DNA of 44,370 bases from a virus (lineage: Duplodnaviria; Heunggongvirae; Uroviricota; Caudoviricetes): the IMG/VR virus record IMGVR_UViG_3300045988_005581. The stretch is one strand, 5' to 3'. The position numbers and the translations under genes are program-made. Shown one piece after another: positions 15,663-25,171 of this stretch (position 1 is the stretch's first letter; every line of letters begins with the position of its first letter). Under the pieces are notes generated by a model. That model did not search any database. It was given only the letters and a program-made list of their open reading frames with translations, and was not told the DNA's origin.

Positions 15663-16789
15663 CCCAGCATCTCCGGTGAAATAGTTAAACGTGCGACCTC
15701 GCCATATTCGGCGCTATAAGTAATTACATTTGCACTGCGGCCCGACATCCATCCGCCGCGAGAGGCGTAGGCGTCTTTAGCCGCTAAGGTGCGGTGTTGC
15801 TCAACAATCATGTTACGGCTTTCTACAATCTTCTGGTGGTGCAGATGGCCTACGTGGGCGTAGCTGTAAACACTCTCGCCGAACGCTTTACGGAACTTGG
15901 CAATCATAACCGGTTCGATAGCGTCGAATCGTGCTTTATGCCCGTGATGGAAGAACAGCGTCGTTTTGCCGTGTTGCACCATCTTGTAAACATCCGGCGA
16001 CGTATCGACGAACACGCGCGGCTCATTGTCGTACAGCGTACTGAACATCTCAGCCAACCAAATCATACCCGATTCGTCGTGATTCCCTTGCACGATAAGC
16101 AAGCGAACATTTTTATGCTTAACCAACGCCATATCAACGACACGGCGGACCATACGAATCATGTAACGGACCAGTTTCTGATAGCGCGTGTCAGCGTCAA
16201 GGACATGACCGCTTGCGGGCGTAACGGCATCAAGACTATCGAAGTGCGCTAAGTCGCCAAGAAGATTGATAACCCCAGTACCGGCATCCGGTGCTTTCTG
16301 GAATGCTGCATCGAACCAACGAGAGAACAGGTCTTCCGCAATCTTCATGTCCCAGTCGTCGCCGCTCTCGTCGGCCCAGGCCAGCATACCGAGATGGAAA
16401 TCGGATACAGTGTAAAGATTGAGCAGCTTATCGTCCCGTTTGGCACGAACGGCTTTAACAGGTGCAACGGGCGTAATCTCCGATTTCATGCCTTCGATCA
16501 CGGCTTTCATCAATTCAACCTGACGTTCGGCGTCAGTGTCGGTCTTAACCCATTGCAACTTAGTGTTGCCGAACTCATCCACCAGTGACGACGTTCCTTT
16601 AATCTTATAGCCGTCCGGGACAAGGTGGCTAACATCACGTCCGTGACCTACACCTTTCTTAGCCAGCTTCGCTTTACGGATACGAATTACGCGGTCTGAG
16701 ATGCCGTATTTACGGGCGATGTCTACATTCTTCATTCCGGCGTTCAATTCTTCCTGTAACTGTTCGTCGGTTATTTTCTTCCGGGCCAT
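15659..16789 (-). CDS. calcineurin-like metallophosphoesterase with N-terminal HTH-like domain
   Basis: Motifs SDFH, GDLAHFD, GNHDE, HHGH and GHLHH match metallophosphoesterase signatures; N-terminal NVDIARKYGISDRVIR is HTH-like. RBS GAGGAAG. Confidence 0.75.
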   Translation of the reverse strand: MARKKITDEQLQEELNAGMKNVDIARKYGISDRVIRIRKAKLAKKGVGHGRDVSHLVPDGYKIKGTSSLVDEFGNTKLQWVKTDTDAERQVELMKAVIEGMKSEITPVAPVKAVRAKRDDKLLNLYTVSDFHLGMLAWADESGDDWDMKIAEDLFSRWFDAAFQKAPDAGTGVINLLGDLAHFDSLDAVTPASGHVLDADTRYQKLVRYMIRMVRRVVDMALVKHKNVRLLIVQGNHDESGMIWLAEMFSTLYDNEPRVFVDTSPDVYKMVQHGKTTLFFHHGHKARFDAIEPVMIAKFRKAFGESVYSYAHVGHLHHQKIVESRNMIVEQHRTLAAKDAYASRGGWMSGRSANVITYSAEYGEVARLTISPEMLG

Positions 16790-16827
16790 GCTTACTTCCT
16801 CGTGTTTAGGATTTGTCTTATAGTAGC

Positions 16828-17019
16828 CTACTTCTCTTTCACGTTCGAGTTACAAGCCCAGATTAAAATGAATACCCACGGCAACAGAACCCACCCGAGA
16901 AATAAGTTAGCCATGAATATCGCTAGCTTTGCTTTATGGTTTCGCATATGGGCCACAAAAAACGGGATAAAATAAACGCCTACAACAATAATTAAAAAGA
17001 ACATAGCGATACCGGTCAT
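16828..17019 (-). CDS. superinfection-immunity-like small membrane protein
   Basis: Two TM segments with YFIPFFVAHMRNH...LFLGWVLLPWVFILIWA, resembling the Imm_superinfect family signature from memory. ATG 17019 with AGGAG RBS (tool start 17046 upstream). Confidence 0.6.
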   Translation of the reverse strand: MTGIAMFFLIIVVGVYFIPFFVAHMRNHKAKLAIFMANLFLGWVLLPWVFILIWACNSNVKEK

Positions 17020-17061
17020 AACATAACTCCTGATTTGAGATAACATCGTTGGTGTAAGTGA

Positions 17062-17090
17062 ATAGTACGCTATTATATCAGGGTGTGCAA
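17062..17090 (-). promoter_or_regulatory. sigma70-like promoter TTGCAC-N17-TACTAT (minus strand) with embedded dyad
   Basis: TTGCAC = 17085-17090, TACTAT = 17062-17067 on the minus strand; dyad AATAG-N4-CTATT 17061-17074; near-identical to the element at 7505-7540. Confidence 0.5.
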
Positions 17091-17197
17091 GTAGTATGTT
17101 AGAATAATTTTGCGCCTAGTGTCGCACACGAAAAGCGGGTGGTTCCCGTCTGGCGCATTTCCTTTAACCAGTAACCTCTTAACCAAAGGATTAAAGA

Positions 17198-17614
17198 ATG
17201 AAACTTTCTGATTTTTATTACGAAGCTGAAGCTGAAAAGGGTGCACGTATGCCGATACCATTAAAAGACGGTACCGATTCCGGGGAATGGCTTAATGTTG
17301 TTTCTCCTGAGGCAGACGTTGCCGTTAAGGCTATGCGCGCGTTCACCCTTGCATACCGGGCAGTGTTAGGGAAATTAAAACCGCTTCGTGATAAGTGCGA
17401 AGAGATGAAAGATTTCTCTGAATACAACCTGAAGATGGAAGACGCGGCGACGGACCTTAACCGTCAGTTAGCGGTTGAATTGGTTAACGGGTGGAGCCTT
17501 GACGACGAATTCAATAAAGAGAATCTGAACACACTCCTGACGCAATATAAACGACTCGCGGAACTTGTTGTTGTGTTTCATAACGAACAACTGCACCAGC
17601 TACAGGAAAAGTAG
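17198..17614 (+). CDS. tail assembly chaperone (G-like)
   Basis: 138 aa immediately upstream of the tape-measure gene, RBS AAGGA; the -1 frame stays open through its 3' end. Confidence 0.6.
   Translation: MKLSDFYYEAEAEKGARMPIPLKDGTDSGEWLNVVSPEADVAVKAMRAFTLAYRAVLGKLKPLRDKCEEMKDFSEYNLKMEDAATDLNRQLAVELVNGWSLDDEFNKENLNTLLTQYKRLAELVVVFHNEQLHQLQEK
17605..17611 (+). promoter_or_regulatory. putative -1 programmed ribosomal frameshift site (G GAA AAG)
   Basis: Heptamer GGAAAAG ends one codon before the chaperone stop (TAG 17612-17614); the -1 frame is open from 17584 to 17979. Analogous to the lambda G/GT site GGGAAAG. Confidence 0.35.
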
Positions 17615-17619
17615 ACGCG

Positions 17620-17979
17620 TTGCTCCAGTTCGCCCGTTGGAACTTCATAACCCGCCACAAACGGCGGGAATTTGACAGTATCGCCGATGGGCATAAAGCC
17701 GCGCTAATTGCTATGGGGGTTATGCAAGACGCGCCGGACGCAACGCAGGCCACTGGGCCGGAATGCCCCCCTGAACTACTAACCACATTTGAGAAGTACA
17801 GGGAAATTAAATTCACCCGCCGAGTGGACGACGACGGCATCAAGATGTACCCGCGCGAGCAATTACGATGGTCAGATTTAGTGGCGTACAGCACCGTTTC
17901 AGGCCAGAATATAGGGATGTTCGAATCTGACATCATCATGAGCTTAGACGCTATTTTCGAGGGTAGAAACGATGGCTGA
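17620..17979 (+). CDS. tail assembly chaperone frameshift extension (T-like)
   Basis: ORF in the -1 frame relative to 17198..17614, no convincing independent start (tool start is TTG); ends overlapping the tape-measure start. Confidence 0.45.
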   Translation: MLQFARWNFITRHKRREFDSIADGHKAALIAMGVMQDAPDATQATGPECPPELLTTFEKYREIKFTRRVDDDGIKMYPREQLRWSDLVAYSTVSGQNIGMFESDIIMSLDAIFEGRNDG

Positions 17980-20311
17980 TGTAGCTAGTTTAGTCGTAAA
18001 AGTATCAGAGCAAGGCGCGAAAGCCACATCAGACCGTCTTGATAATCTTTCAAAGTCCGCAAAAGTAGCGGGGGCCGCCGTAGCAGGCCTCGCTTCTATC
18101 GTAGCGGCTACCGCGTATAAAGCCGCCCAAGAACTAGTTGACTCACAGCGGCAACTGGACAAGATGTCCGCCAGTTTGAAGACCTTAACCGGAAGTACCC
18201 AAGGTGCTAAACAGGCGCTAAGTATCCTGCAAGATTTTGCACGCGACACCCCATACGGACTGGAGCAGGCGGTGGAAGGCTTCCGTAAGCTGGTGGCCCT
18301 TGGCCTTACCCCATCCGAGGAGGCGTTGCGGTCCTACGGCAATACCGCATCGGCTATGGGTAAGGACCTTAATCAGATGATTGAGGCGGTAGCCGACGCC
18401 AGTACGTTTGAGTTCGAACGCCTCAAAGAATTCGGCATCAAAGCCAAGCAGAACAAAACCGACGTAGAGTTTACGTTCCAGGGAACGACAACCGTAGTTA
18501 AGAAAAGCGCTGCCGATATTGAGCAGTATTTACTTAACATTGGTAACGTAAATTTTGCGGGGGCTATGGCTGACCAGGCCAACACCCTTAACGGCGCTAT
18601 CGCGAGTGCCAGTGACTCATGGTCGCAGCTAAAAATGACGCTTGCCACCAGTCTTGATGTTGGCGCACTTGCTGAACCTATCAGGTATATCGATGACTTG
18701 ATTCAGGAATTAAACGCGTCTGTTGCTTCCGGTGAATTAGCCGCTGAAATGCAGATGTGGGGGAACATCGCGTCGGAAGTAGGAAGCGCTATCGAGATGT
18801 CATTCGACGCTGCGTTTGGCTTTGTTGGCGATGCCATCAACGGGCTTAATGAACTGTGGGATTTCAGCAGCAAGAGTATTACGGATAGCGGAGAACAAAC
18901 GGCTACTACCATCGCTGAATCCGCCGCCGATGCGCTTGACTTCATCGCGGAAGAGTTCACCGCGATGGAGAGATTCTTTGAAGATATGGTTAAAGGCGCG
19001 CAGGACGCGGGCCGTCTTGTACGAGCCGCTTTTACCCCCGGGGAATCAGTAGACGTAGCTAAAAATATCAACTTCCAGCTTGGCCTGGCTTTGGATACCC
19101 AGCGCGATGTCGCCGACGTTACGCGTAAAAGTTTCCGCGAACAGGTAGAAGCTCAACAGGATATTGTAGCGTTAAAACGCGCGGCGTATGACATCGATAA
19201 GGAGTCCGCAAAAGCTGAGGGGTTAAACAAATTTAAGGTAACCGGAACTGGCGGCGGTTCTGACGATGACGGGTCAGCCGCAAAAGCCGCTAAGAAAGCG
19301 GCGGACGCGTTCGAGCGCCAGAAAAAAGCGGCGGAAGACTTCTACTATCAGTCAATCCATCTTAATGATGACGTATTTCAGAAAATAGAAGCTAACCAGG
19401 AAGAGCAACTGTCTAAGTTGCAGGACTTCTATAGCAATAAGCTTCTTAGCGACCAACAGTACGAAAACGCCAAGACGCAGATTATGTTATCCGCGGAACA
19501 GGCCCGCCAGGAAGAACTGGATAAGAAAAGGAAGGAGGCCCAGGAGAATCGGCAGAAAGGCGAGGATTTCATGGCTCAGATTATGGGTCAGAACGCCACC
19601 GAGCTTGAGCTTCTGGATATTCAGGAACAGCAGAAACTGGCAGTAGCCGATAAGTACCGTGAACAGGGTCTTATTAGCGAGAAGCAGTATCAGGCCACGC
19701 TTAACGCCATCAACGAGCAGTACGCAACCAAGCGAGCCGATGCAACGGCAACCGCTTTCGGCAACATGGCGTCCAATATTGGGTCCGCGTTAGGGGAGGC
19801 ATCCGGGGCTTATAAGGCGTTCGCTATTGTACAGGCCACTATCGCTACGTACACTGCAGCTATTGAGGCGTACAAATCTACAGCGGCTATCCCGGTTGTC
19901 GGGCCGTTCCTCGCACCGGTAGCCGCTGCCGCTGCCGTTGGCGCAGGCATGGCGCAGGTTTCCGCTATCCGGTCTGCGCGAGAGCAGGGCGGTCAGTTAT
20001 CCGCAGGGCAGGCATCGACCATCGCAGAACGTGGTAAACCAGAAGTTATCATGCCGGCTGGCGCATCTCGTGTACGAACTGCGCAGCAGATGAAAGAAAT
20101 TATGGGGCAAAACGGGTCTTCTTCCGGCCCGTCTAATGTTACCATCGTAAACAACACGAGTTCTCAAATCGGCAACGTATCCACTGAACAGGATGATGAA
20201 GGCCGTCTACGCATCATCATAGAAGAGCAAGTTGCTGCATCTTTGCAGAACAGCAACAGTAAGATTAGCAAGGCCCGCAAGGCCACAAGAAATGCGCCGG
20301 GGTTCAAATAA
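17972..20311 (+). CDS. tail tape measure protein
   Basis: 779 aa, longest gene of the tail block, Ala/Gln/Glu-rich with coiled-coil character and a hydrophobic Gly/Ala-rich segment (AAIPVVGPFLAPVAAAAAVGAGMA). Confidence 0.8.
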   Translation: MADVASLVVKVSEQGAKATSDRLDNLSKSAKVAGAAVAGLASIVAATAYKAAQELVDSQRQLDKMSASLKTLTGSTQGAKQALSILQDFARDTPYGLEQAVEGFRKLVALGLTPSEEALRSYGNTASAMGKDLNQMIEAVADASTFEFERLKEFGIKAKQNKTDVEFTFQGTTTVVKKSAADIEQYLLNIGNVNFAGAMADQANTLNGAIASASDSWSQLKMTLATSLDVGALAEPIRYIDDLIQELNASVASGELAAEMQMWGNIASEVGSAIEMSFDAAFGFVGDAINGLNELWDFSSKSITDSGEQTATTIAESAADALDFIAEEFTAMERFFEDMVKGAQDAGRLVRAAFTPGESVDVAKNINFQLGLALDTQRDVADVTRKSFREQVEAQQDIVALKRAAYDIDKESAKAEGLNKFKVTGTGGGSDDDGSAAKAAKKAADAFERQKKAAEDFYYQSIHLNDDVFQKIEANQEEQLSKLQDFYSNKLLSDQQYENAKTQIMLSAEQARQEELDKKRKEAQENRQKGEDFMAQIMGQNATELELLDIQEQQKLAVADKYREQGLISEKQYQATLNAINEQYATKRADATATAFGNMASNIGSALGEASGAYKAFAIVQATIATYTAAIEAYKSTAAIPVVGPFLAPVAAAAAVGAGMAQVSAIRSAREQGGQLSAGQASTIAERGKPEVIMPAGASRVRTAQQMKEIMGQNGSSSGPSNVTIVNNTSSQIGNVSTEQDDEGRLRIIIEEQVAASLQNSNSKISKARKATRNAPGFK

Positions 20312-21720
20312 TGACTGACTTATATTTCCCACGTAGCCTTAAGCCCATCGTATCAAAAGGCTACTCAATGACCAGACGTAACAACGTCTGGAGTGTTGAT
20401 TTAGCCGGTGGCGGGGTGCGTCAGGGCCGTGACACGTATTACGACGTGTTCCCTGTTAGCGTAACCCTGATTACATCCGCGCTTGGGCGGCAGGCGTTTC
20501 TGTCGTTCCTAGAAAAAGTAGACGGCGGTGCGTCAAGTTTCTGGATGGCTCACGATTTCGGCATGGGTATCGAGGACTATCAGGTCACCATCACGTCCAC
20601 CATCGCTGAGTCCACCGAAGACGGGATTAACTGGACGATTACTTTCACGGCAACCGCCGAGAAATCCCCGTTCCAGGACCTTGAGAACCAGTGCCTGATT
20701 AACAATCTGCCAGATTTGTATGGCTGTTACGGGGATTGTCTGGGTAGTTTCCTGAAAATATACGCGAACTATGAGACTACGTTCCCGCGCATCTGGAACA
20801 ATGAAGGGCCAGCCGGCTATCCACCGATCAACCTTCTGGCGCTCACGCTGGATAGTCGCATTGTGTATGACGGGCCGCGATTATTCTACATAGACAAAAC
20901 CGGCGACTTGGTCAGAACTGATGCGAACGAGTGGCCTCTTACGTTTATCGACGGGGTTGCAGTTGGGCGTGTACCACCTGAATTAGCCGCAACTAATCTA
21001 CTGTTCCGGTCAGGTCAAATGGATTACTCAGAATGGGTTAAATCTAGAGTTACTGTTGTAACGGACGCTGCGGACTTTCCCACTACGATAACCTCAGCCG
21101 AAAAAATAGTAGAGACAACGGATAATAACACGCACTTTATACAGCAGACCATAACTCCCGCCGGAGCGACGACTTACACATTCAGTGTGTTCCTTAAAGC
21201 AGAGGAGCGTTCGTCCGCTCGTGTTTATTTTGGTATTTTTGGCAGCCAGCAAGCAGCAAATATCGTAACTGTTGACATATCTGGGCAAACGATAACATCC
21301 GCTACAGACACTTCAAGATGTGGGATAATGCGAGTTAACGACGACTGGGTTCGGGTATACACGACAATAACGACCGTCGAAGCGCCAACAACAACAATAA
21401 ACGGCACCATCCAACTGTTATCACCGACAGGCAGCACCAGTTACGCCGGTGACGGGACCAGCGGTTTTTATGCATTTGGCGCACAAATGGAACTGGGCAG
21501 CAAACCAACATCATACATATCAACCCCGTCGGCAGCCCTGACTCGCGGCGCTGCAACAGCAAAAGTAGCAATGAATGGTGCAACAAGCATCGACATTACC
21601 TACTCCGACGGCTCTACCGTAAACGTGCCTGCAGTAGATAACTTCGCTGTTATCCCGCGGGCGGACTCCGCGTGGGGTAGTAAATATATCACTCGTATCG
21701 ACTTTAATGTGGACGGTTAA
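20311..21720 (+). CDS. minor tail protein (distal tail protein-like)
   Basis: 469 aa, ATGA-coupled to the tape-measure gene; assignment by position. Confidence 0.6.
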   Translation: MTDLYFPRSLKPIVSKGYSMTRRNNVWSVDLAGGGVRQGRDTYYDVFPVSVTLITSALGRQAFLSFLEKVDGGASSFWMAHDFGMGIEDYQVTITSTIAESTEDGINWTITFTATAEKSPFQDLENQCLINNLPDLYGCYGDCLGSFLKIYANYETTFPRIWNNEGPAGYPPINLLALTLDSRIVYDGPRLFYIDKTGDLVRTDANEWPLTFIDGVAVGRVPPELAATNLLFRSGQMDYSEWVKSRVTVVTDAADFPTTITSAEKIVETTDNNTHFIQQTITPAGATTYTFSVFLKAEERSSARVYFGIFGSQQAANIVTVDISGQTITSATDTSRCGIMRVNDDWVRVYTTITTVEAPTTTINGTIQLLSPTGSTSYAGDGTSGFYAFGAQMELGSKPTSYISTPSAALTRGAATAKVAMNGATSIDITYSDGSTVNVPAVDNFAVIPRADSAWGSKYITRIDFNVDG

Positions 21721-21723
21721 TTT

Positions 21724-22239
21724 ATGAGCCAGGAATCAGTAGAAGCCGCCTATCGCCGTAAGCTGGCCTCCAACCCCGACGGCGAGATGGACTACATCAC
21801 GTTGCAAATCAGCCACCCGTTGTTGTCGAAGACGTACTATCTTGTGCGCGGGCTACAGGAACTTACTGCAACACTGGAGACAGGCGAAATTATCACGTTC
21901 GAGCCAACCCCGATGGAGGCGTCGGGAGCCGCTAACAACAGTGATATGGACCAGACGACGACATTTACTTTACCGGATATTCTCAATCAACTTGACGATG
22001 AGATGGATAAAATCCCGATGAGCAATACCGAGTTGCCGAAGTTCGTCTTCCGCCGTTACGTCAGCACCGACCTGTCTTACCCGGCGGATGGCCCTGTCGT
22101 GTACGAGTTACAGGCCATCAACCAGGAGAAGGGCGAGTTCTCTGCGGATGTCGGTACACCTATGCTGAACCAACGAAGCACTGGTATACTGATGACACCT
22201 AAAGAGATACCGTTATTACGCGGCCTGTTGACTACATGA
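21724..22239 (+). CDS. minor tail protein
   Basis: 171 aa; position equivalent to lambda M/L-type minor tail proteins. Confidence 0.55.
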   Translation: MSQESVEAAYRRKLASNPDGEMDYITLQISHPLLSKTYYLVRGLQELTATLETGEIITFEPTPMEASGAANNSDMDQTTTFTLPDILNQLDDEMDKIPMSNTELPKFVFRRYVSTDLSYPADGPVVYELQAINQEKGEFSADVGTPMLNQRSTGILMTPKEIPLLRGLLTT

Positions 22240-22601
22240 ATATTAACGACTACACGGGAATACCTTACGACTTTCGCAAACGTAATTGCTGGCATCACGT
22301 GCGCATTGTCCGCGCGGATGCCGGGTTAGAAACCCCAGCGTTCGACGTTGCAAGCCCAACGGCGATTAACGAAGCGTTCGACGAAGGACATCGCAACACG
22401 AAGGGACTTACAAAAATTGATAAGCCTGAAAACTTCTGTGCGGTGCTTATGGGGTATCGCCGCGGCGGTCGTATCGTGTGGCACGCAGGAGTTTACTTCG
22501 ACGGGATGGTGAGCCATTGCGAGCTTGCGTCCCGTCAGGTACGGCTTGACAGGCTGGCGGATCTCAGAGACACGTACACGGAGATTGAATTTTGGCGATA
22601 A
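22236..22601 (+). CDS. tail assembly protein (possible NlpC/P60-like)
   Basis: 121 aa with a Cys...His...His pattern (NCWHHV ... VWHAGVYF ... SHCE) resembling lambda K-type tail assembly proteins; tentative. Confidence 0.45.
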   Translation: MNINDYTGIPYDFRKRNCWHHVRIVRADAGLETPAFDVASPTAINEAFDEGHRNTKGLTKIDKPENFCAVLMGYRRGGRIVWHAGVYFDGMVSHCELASRQVRLDRLADLRDTYTEIEFWR

Positions 22602-25159
22602 TCCTGCACTACACGCGAAACGCTGATGGCGCTTTCAACCGTACAAAACACGTCGGGATGCCGATGGAGTTTGTCGTTAACCGTATCCCGGGCGGCGTTC
22701 CGGTACGCGTCTATCTTGGCGAGATTGGTGATGATACTGATGTTACAGACGACTTCGACGCGCTCAAAGACGAGGACGCCGTGTACCACATTATTGAGGG
22801 CGCTGGCGGCGGCATTGGCGACGCCATCGGGAGTGTATTCAGTTTCATCCTTAAGCCAATCGCCAAATTGTTCGGGCTAAACACAGCGGCTAACGCTAAT
22901 TATTCCGCTACCAACAATCAGGCTACGTCGCCTAACAACAGTCTCACCGACCGCTCAAACAAGCCACGACCTTATGAGCGTTCCTATGATATCTGCGGGA
23001 CAGTGCAGACTATACCCAATGACCTGATGCAGACGTATAAGGTGTTTAACGCCACGGGGGCGCTTATTGAATATGCGTACTATGACGCCGGTCGAGGGTA
23101 TCTGCATATTGAGGAAGACGGTGTAACTGAGGCAGATACCCGAATCAGCGAGATAACTGGCTCGTCGGTGACGGTGTATTCTCCTTACACTTCGCCGAAT
23201 AACACCAGCACACCACAATTGCATATCGGCGACCCTATAGACCAGAAATTGTACGTTACATTTAAAAACGCCGATGTCGATGGCGCTGTTCTTCCCGCCC
23301 CTAATGATATCGCTATAGACGTGCAGGACTACACTGTCCAGCGGCAGGGAACAACCGGCGTTGTAGTAGGCGATGACGCTGGTTTCGATGAGTTTTTGGC
23401 GGTCGGGGACCTGGCATACTTCGATAACGTATATGCAGATACAACCCCAGGGTCTTTGGGTAATGAGGTTAACCTGGACGGGAGGTACACGGTTCTTTCT
23501 GTTAGTGAAACGACCCTTATTGTGGACGTCAGTACAAATCAATCAATATGGAACCAGCTAGGAACATCTGTATGGTTTATAGGTGAAGAGGGCAACCATC
23601 TTATAGGCCCGGCGGATACTTACGCGGCTTCCCTCTCTGAATGGGCGTACATCACCCGCGGAACCGTCGACCGTGTTGTAGCCAATGTGGCTGCCAGCAA
23701 CGGCATGTACAAATACAACGGCGACTATAACCGCGCTTCAGTGACAGTCGAACTGCAATACCAGATGGTAGATGAATTGAAACAGCCTGTAGGTGACATA
23801 TTTACCGTACGAGGAACCGTAACAGGCCGGAACACGGATTACACAGGGATTACTCTTTACGGAAGTTTACCAACTGCTTCCAGATTCCGCGCCCGTATGC
23901 GTCGTGTTTCGGACACCGATAAAGATTTTGAAGGTACTGTTAGCGACGAGGTTACTTTCACTAATCTGTATGGGCAGTCGCTGGACACAACCCCCCACTA
24001 CGGCAACCGTACTACCGTACACTGCGCCCGTAAACAAACCCCACGTGCAGCCGAGGTGTCCGAACCGGAACTGCGCATGATTGCAACCGAGATGTGCTAC
24101 AAATACTTAGGTAACGGCGTATTCGATACGGTAATGACACCGAACACTCAGGCCGTGCAGTCGCTAATCAGGCTGGCGCGTGACCCTGTGGTGGGTAATC
24201 TGGAACTGACAACGGCAAATATGGACAAGTTACTTGCCGTGCAGGAAGAAATTGAGTCGTATTTTGACAGTGAATTAGCCGGGCAGTTCTGCTACACATT
24301 CGACGACTACGACACAACCATGCAAGACATCGTTCAGACCATCGCGGAAGCCGTGTTTTGTACGGCATACCGTAAAGGTGCTGATATTATGCTGCGATTC
24401 GACCGTCCTGTTGCGGGGCCTGAGATGGTTTTCACCCACCGCAGCAAAACGACCGGTACGGAGAAATGGACGCGCACGTTCAACGATTCGACAACCTACG
24501 ATAGCCTGTCGTTCTCGTACATTGACCCGGATACAAACGTACAGGAGACGATTTATATCCCGGAAGAACTCGGCGCGAACACCGAGGAGTACGAATCGAA
24601 GGGTGTACGTAACTATCAGCAAGCGTACTGGCTGGCGTGGCGTCGCTACCAGCGCAACACGTTAAGTAAAGTTGTCGTAGAGTTCGAAGCTACCGAAGAA
24701 GGCGCTCTCGCTACTCCCGGCGGCGTAATCAGTGTGGTTAAAGGCTCGCGTATCGCGCCGCAGGATGGTTATGTTGTTGCCGTCAATGGCCTTACGCTGA
24801 CGCTGTCTCAGCCTGTTACGTTTACTCCTGGTGATGACCATTCCATCATTCTTAAGAAGCGCGACGGCTCTGTGCAGAGTATTTCTGTTATCAAAGGAAG
24901 CCACGACCGCGAAGTGATTATGCTCTCCGCGCCGGAGGAGGCAATCTACACGGGGAATAGCGCACTAAAAACTGAGTTTTCATTCGGCAACGAAGCAAGG
25001 CATAATGCTCAGAAGATAGTTGTTTCTTCAATCGACCCCGGCGACGACCGCACGGTCAAGATTACGGGCTACAACTATGACGACGGATTCTATAAATACG
25101 ACGGCGTCGCGCCATACGGCAGCAGCTTCTCCGACGGATTCAGCAATGGTTTTAATTAA
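22592..25159 (+). CDS. tail tip / central tail fibre protein (J-like)
   Basis: 855 aa, largest tail-tip gene, follows the K-like gene. Tool start is TTG; first in-frame ATGs at 22658 and 22664, so the start is uncertain. Confidence 0.7.
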   Translation: MAIILHYTRNADGAFNRTKHVGMPMEFVVNRIPGGVPVRVYLGEIGDDTDVTDDFDALKDEDAVYHIIEGAGGGIGDAIGSVFSFILKPIAKLFGLNTAANANYSATNNQATSPNNSLTDRSNKPRPYERSYDICGTVQTIPNDLMQTYKVFNATGALIEYAYYDAGRGYLHIEEDGVTEADTRISEITGSSVTVYSPYTSPNNTSTPQLHIGDPIDQKLYVTFKNADVDGAVLPAPNDIAIDVQDYTVQRQGTTGVVVGDDAGFDEFLAVGDLAYFDNVYADTTPGSLGNEVNLDGRYTVLSVSETTLIVDVSTNQSIWNQLGTSVWFIGEEGNHLIGPADTYAASLSEWAYITRGTVDRVVANVAASNGMYKYNGDYNRASVTVELQYQMVDELKQPVGDIFTVRGTVTGRNTDYTGITLYGSLPTASRFRARMRRVSDTDKDFEGTVSDEVTFTNLYGQSLDTTPHYGNRTTVHCARKQTPRAAEVSEPELRMIATEMCYKYLGNGVFDTVMTPNTQAVQSLIRLARDPVVGNLELTTANMDKLLAVQEEIESYFDSELAGQFCYTFDDYDTTMQDIVQTIAEAVFCTAYRKGADIMLRFDRPVAGPEMVFTHRSKTTGTEKWTRTFNDSTTYDSLSFSYIDPDTNVQETIYIPEELGANTEEYESKGVRNYQQAYWLAWRRYQRNTLSKVVVEFEATEEGALATPGGVISVVKGSRIAPQDGYVVAVNGLTLTLSQPVTFTPGDDHSIILKKRDGSVQSISVIKGSHDREVIMLSAPEEAIYTGNSALKTEFSFGNEARHNAQKIVVSSIDPGDDRTVKITGYNYDDGFYKYDGVAPYGSSFSDGFSNGFN

Positions 25160-25171
25160 AGAGGACTCTAT

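Noticed and set aside
17100-17197. sigma70-like promoter for the tail operon upstream of 17198
   Set aside because: Candidate -35 hexamers (for example TTGCGC at 17110-17115) lack any acceptable -10 at 16-18 bp spacing, so the tail-operon promoter remains unidentified.
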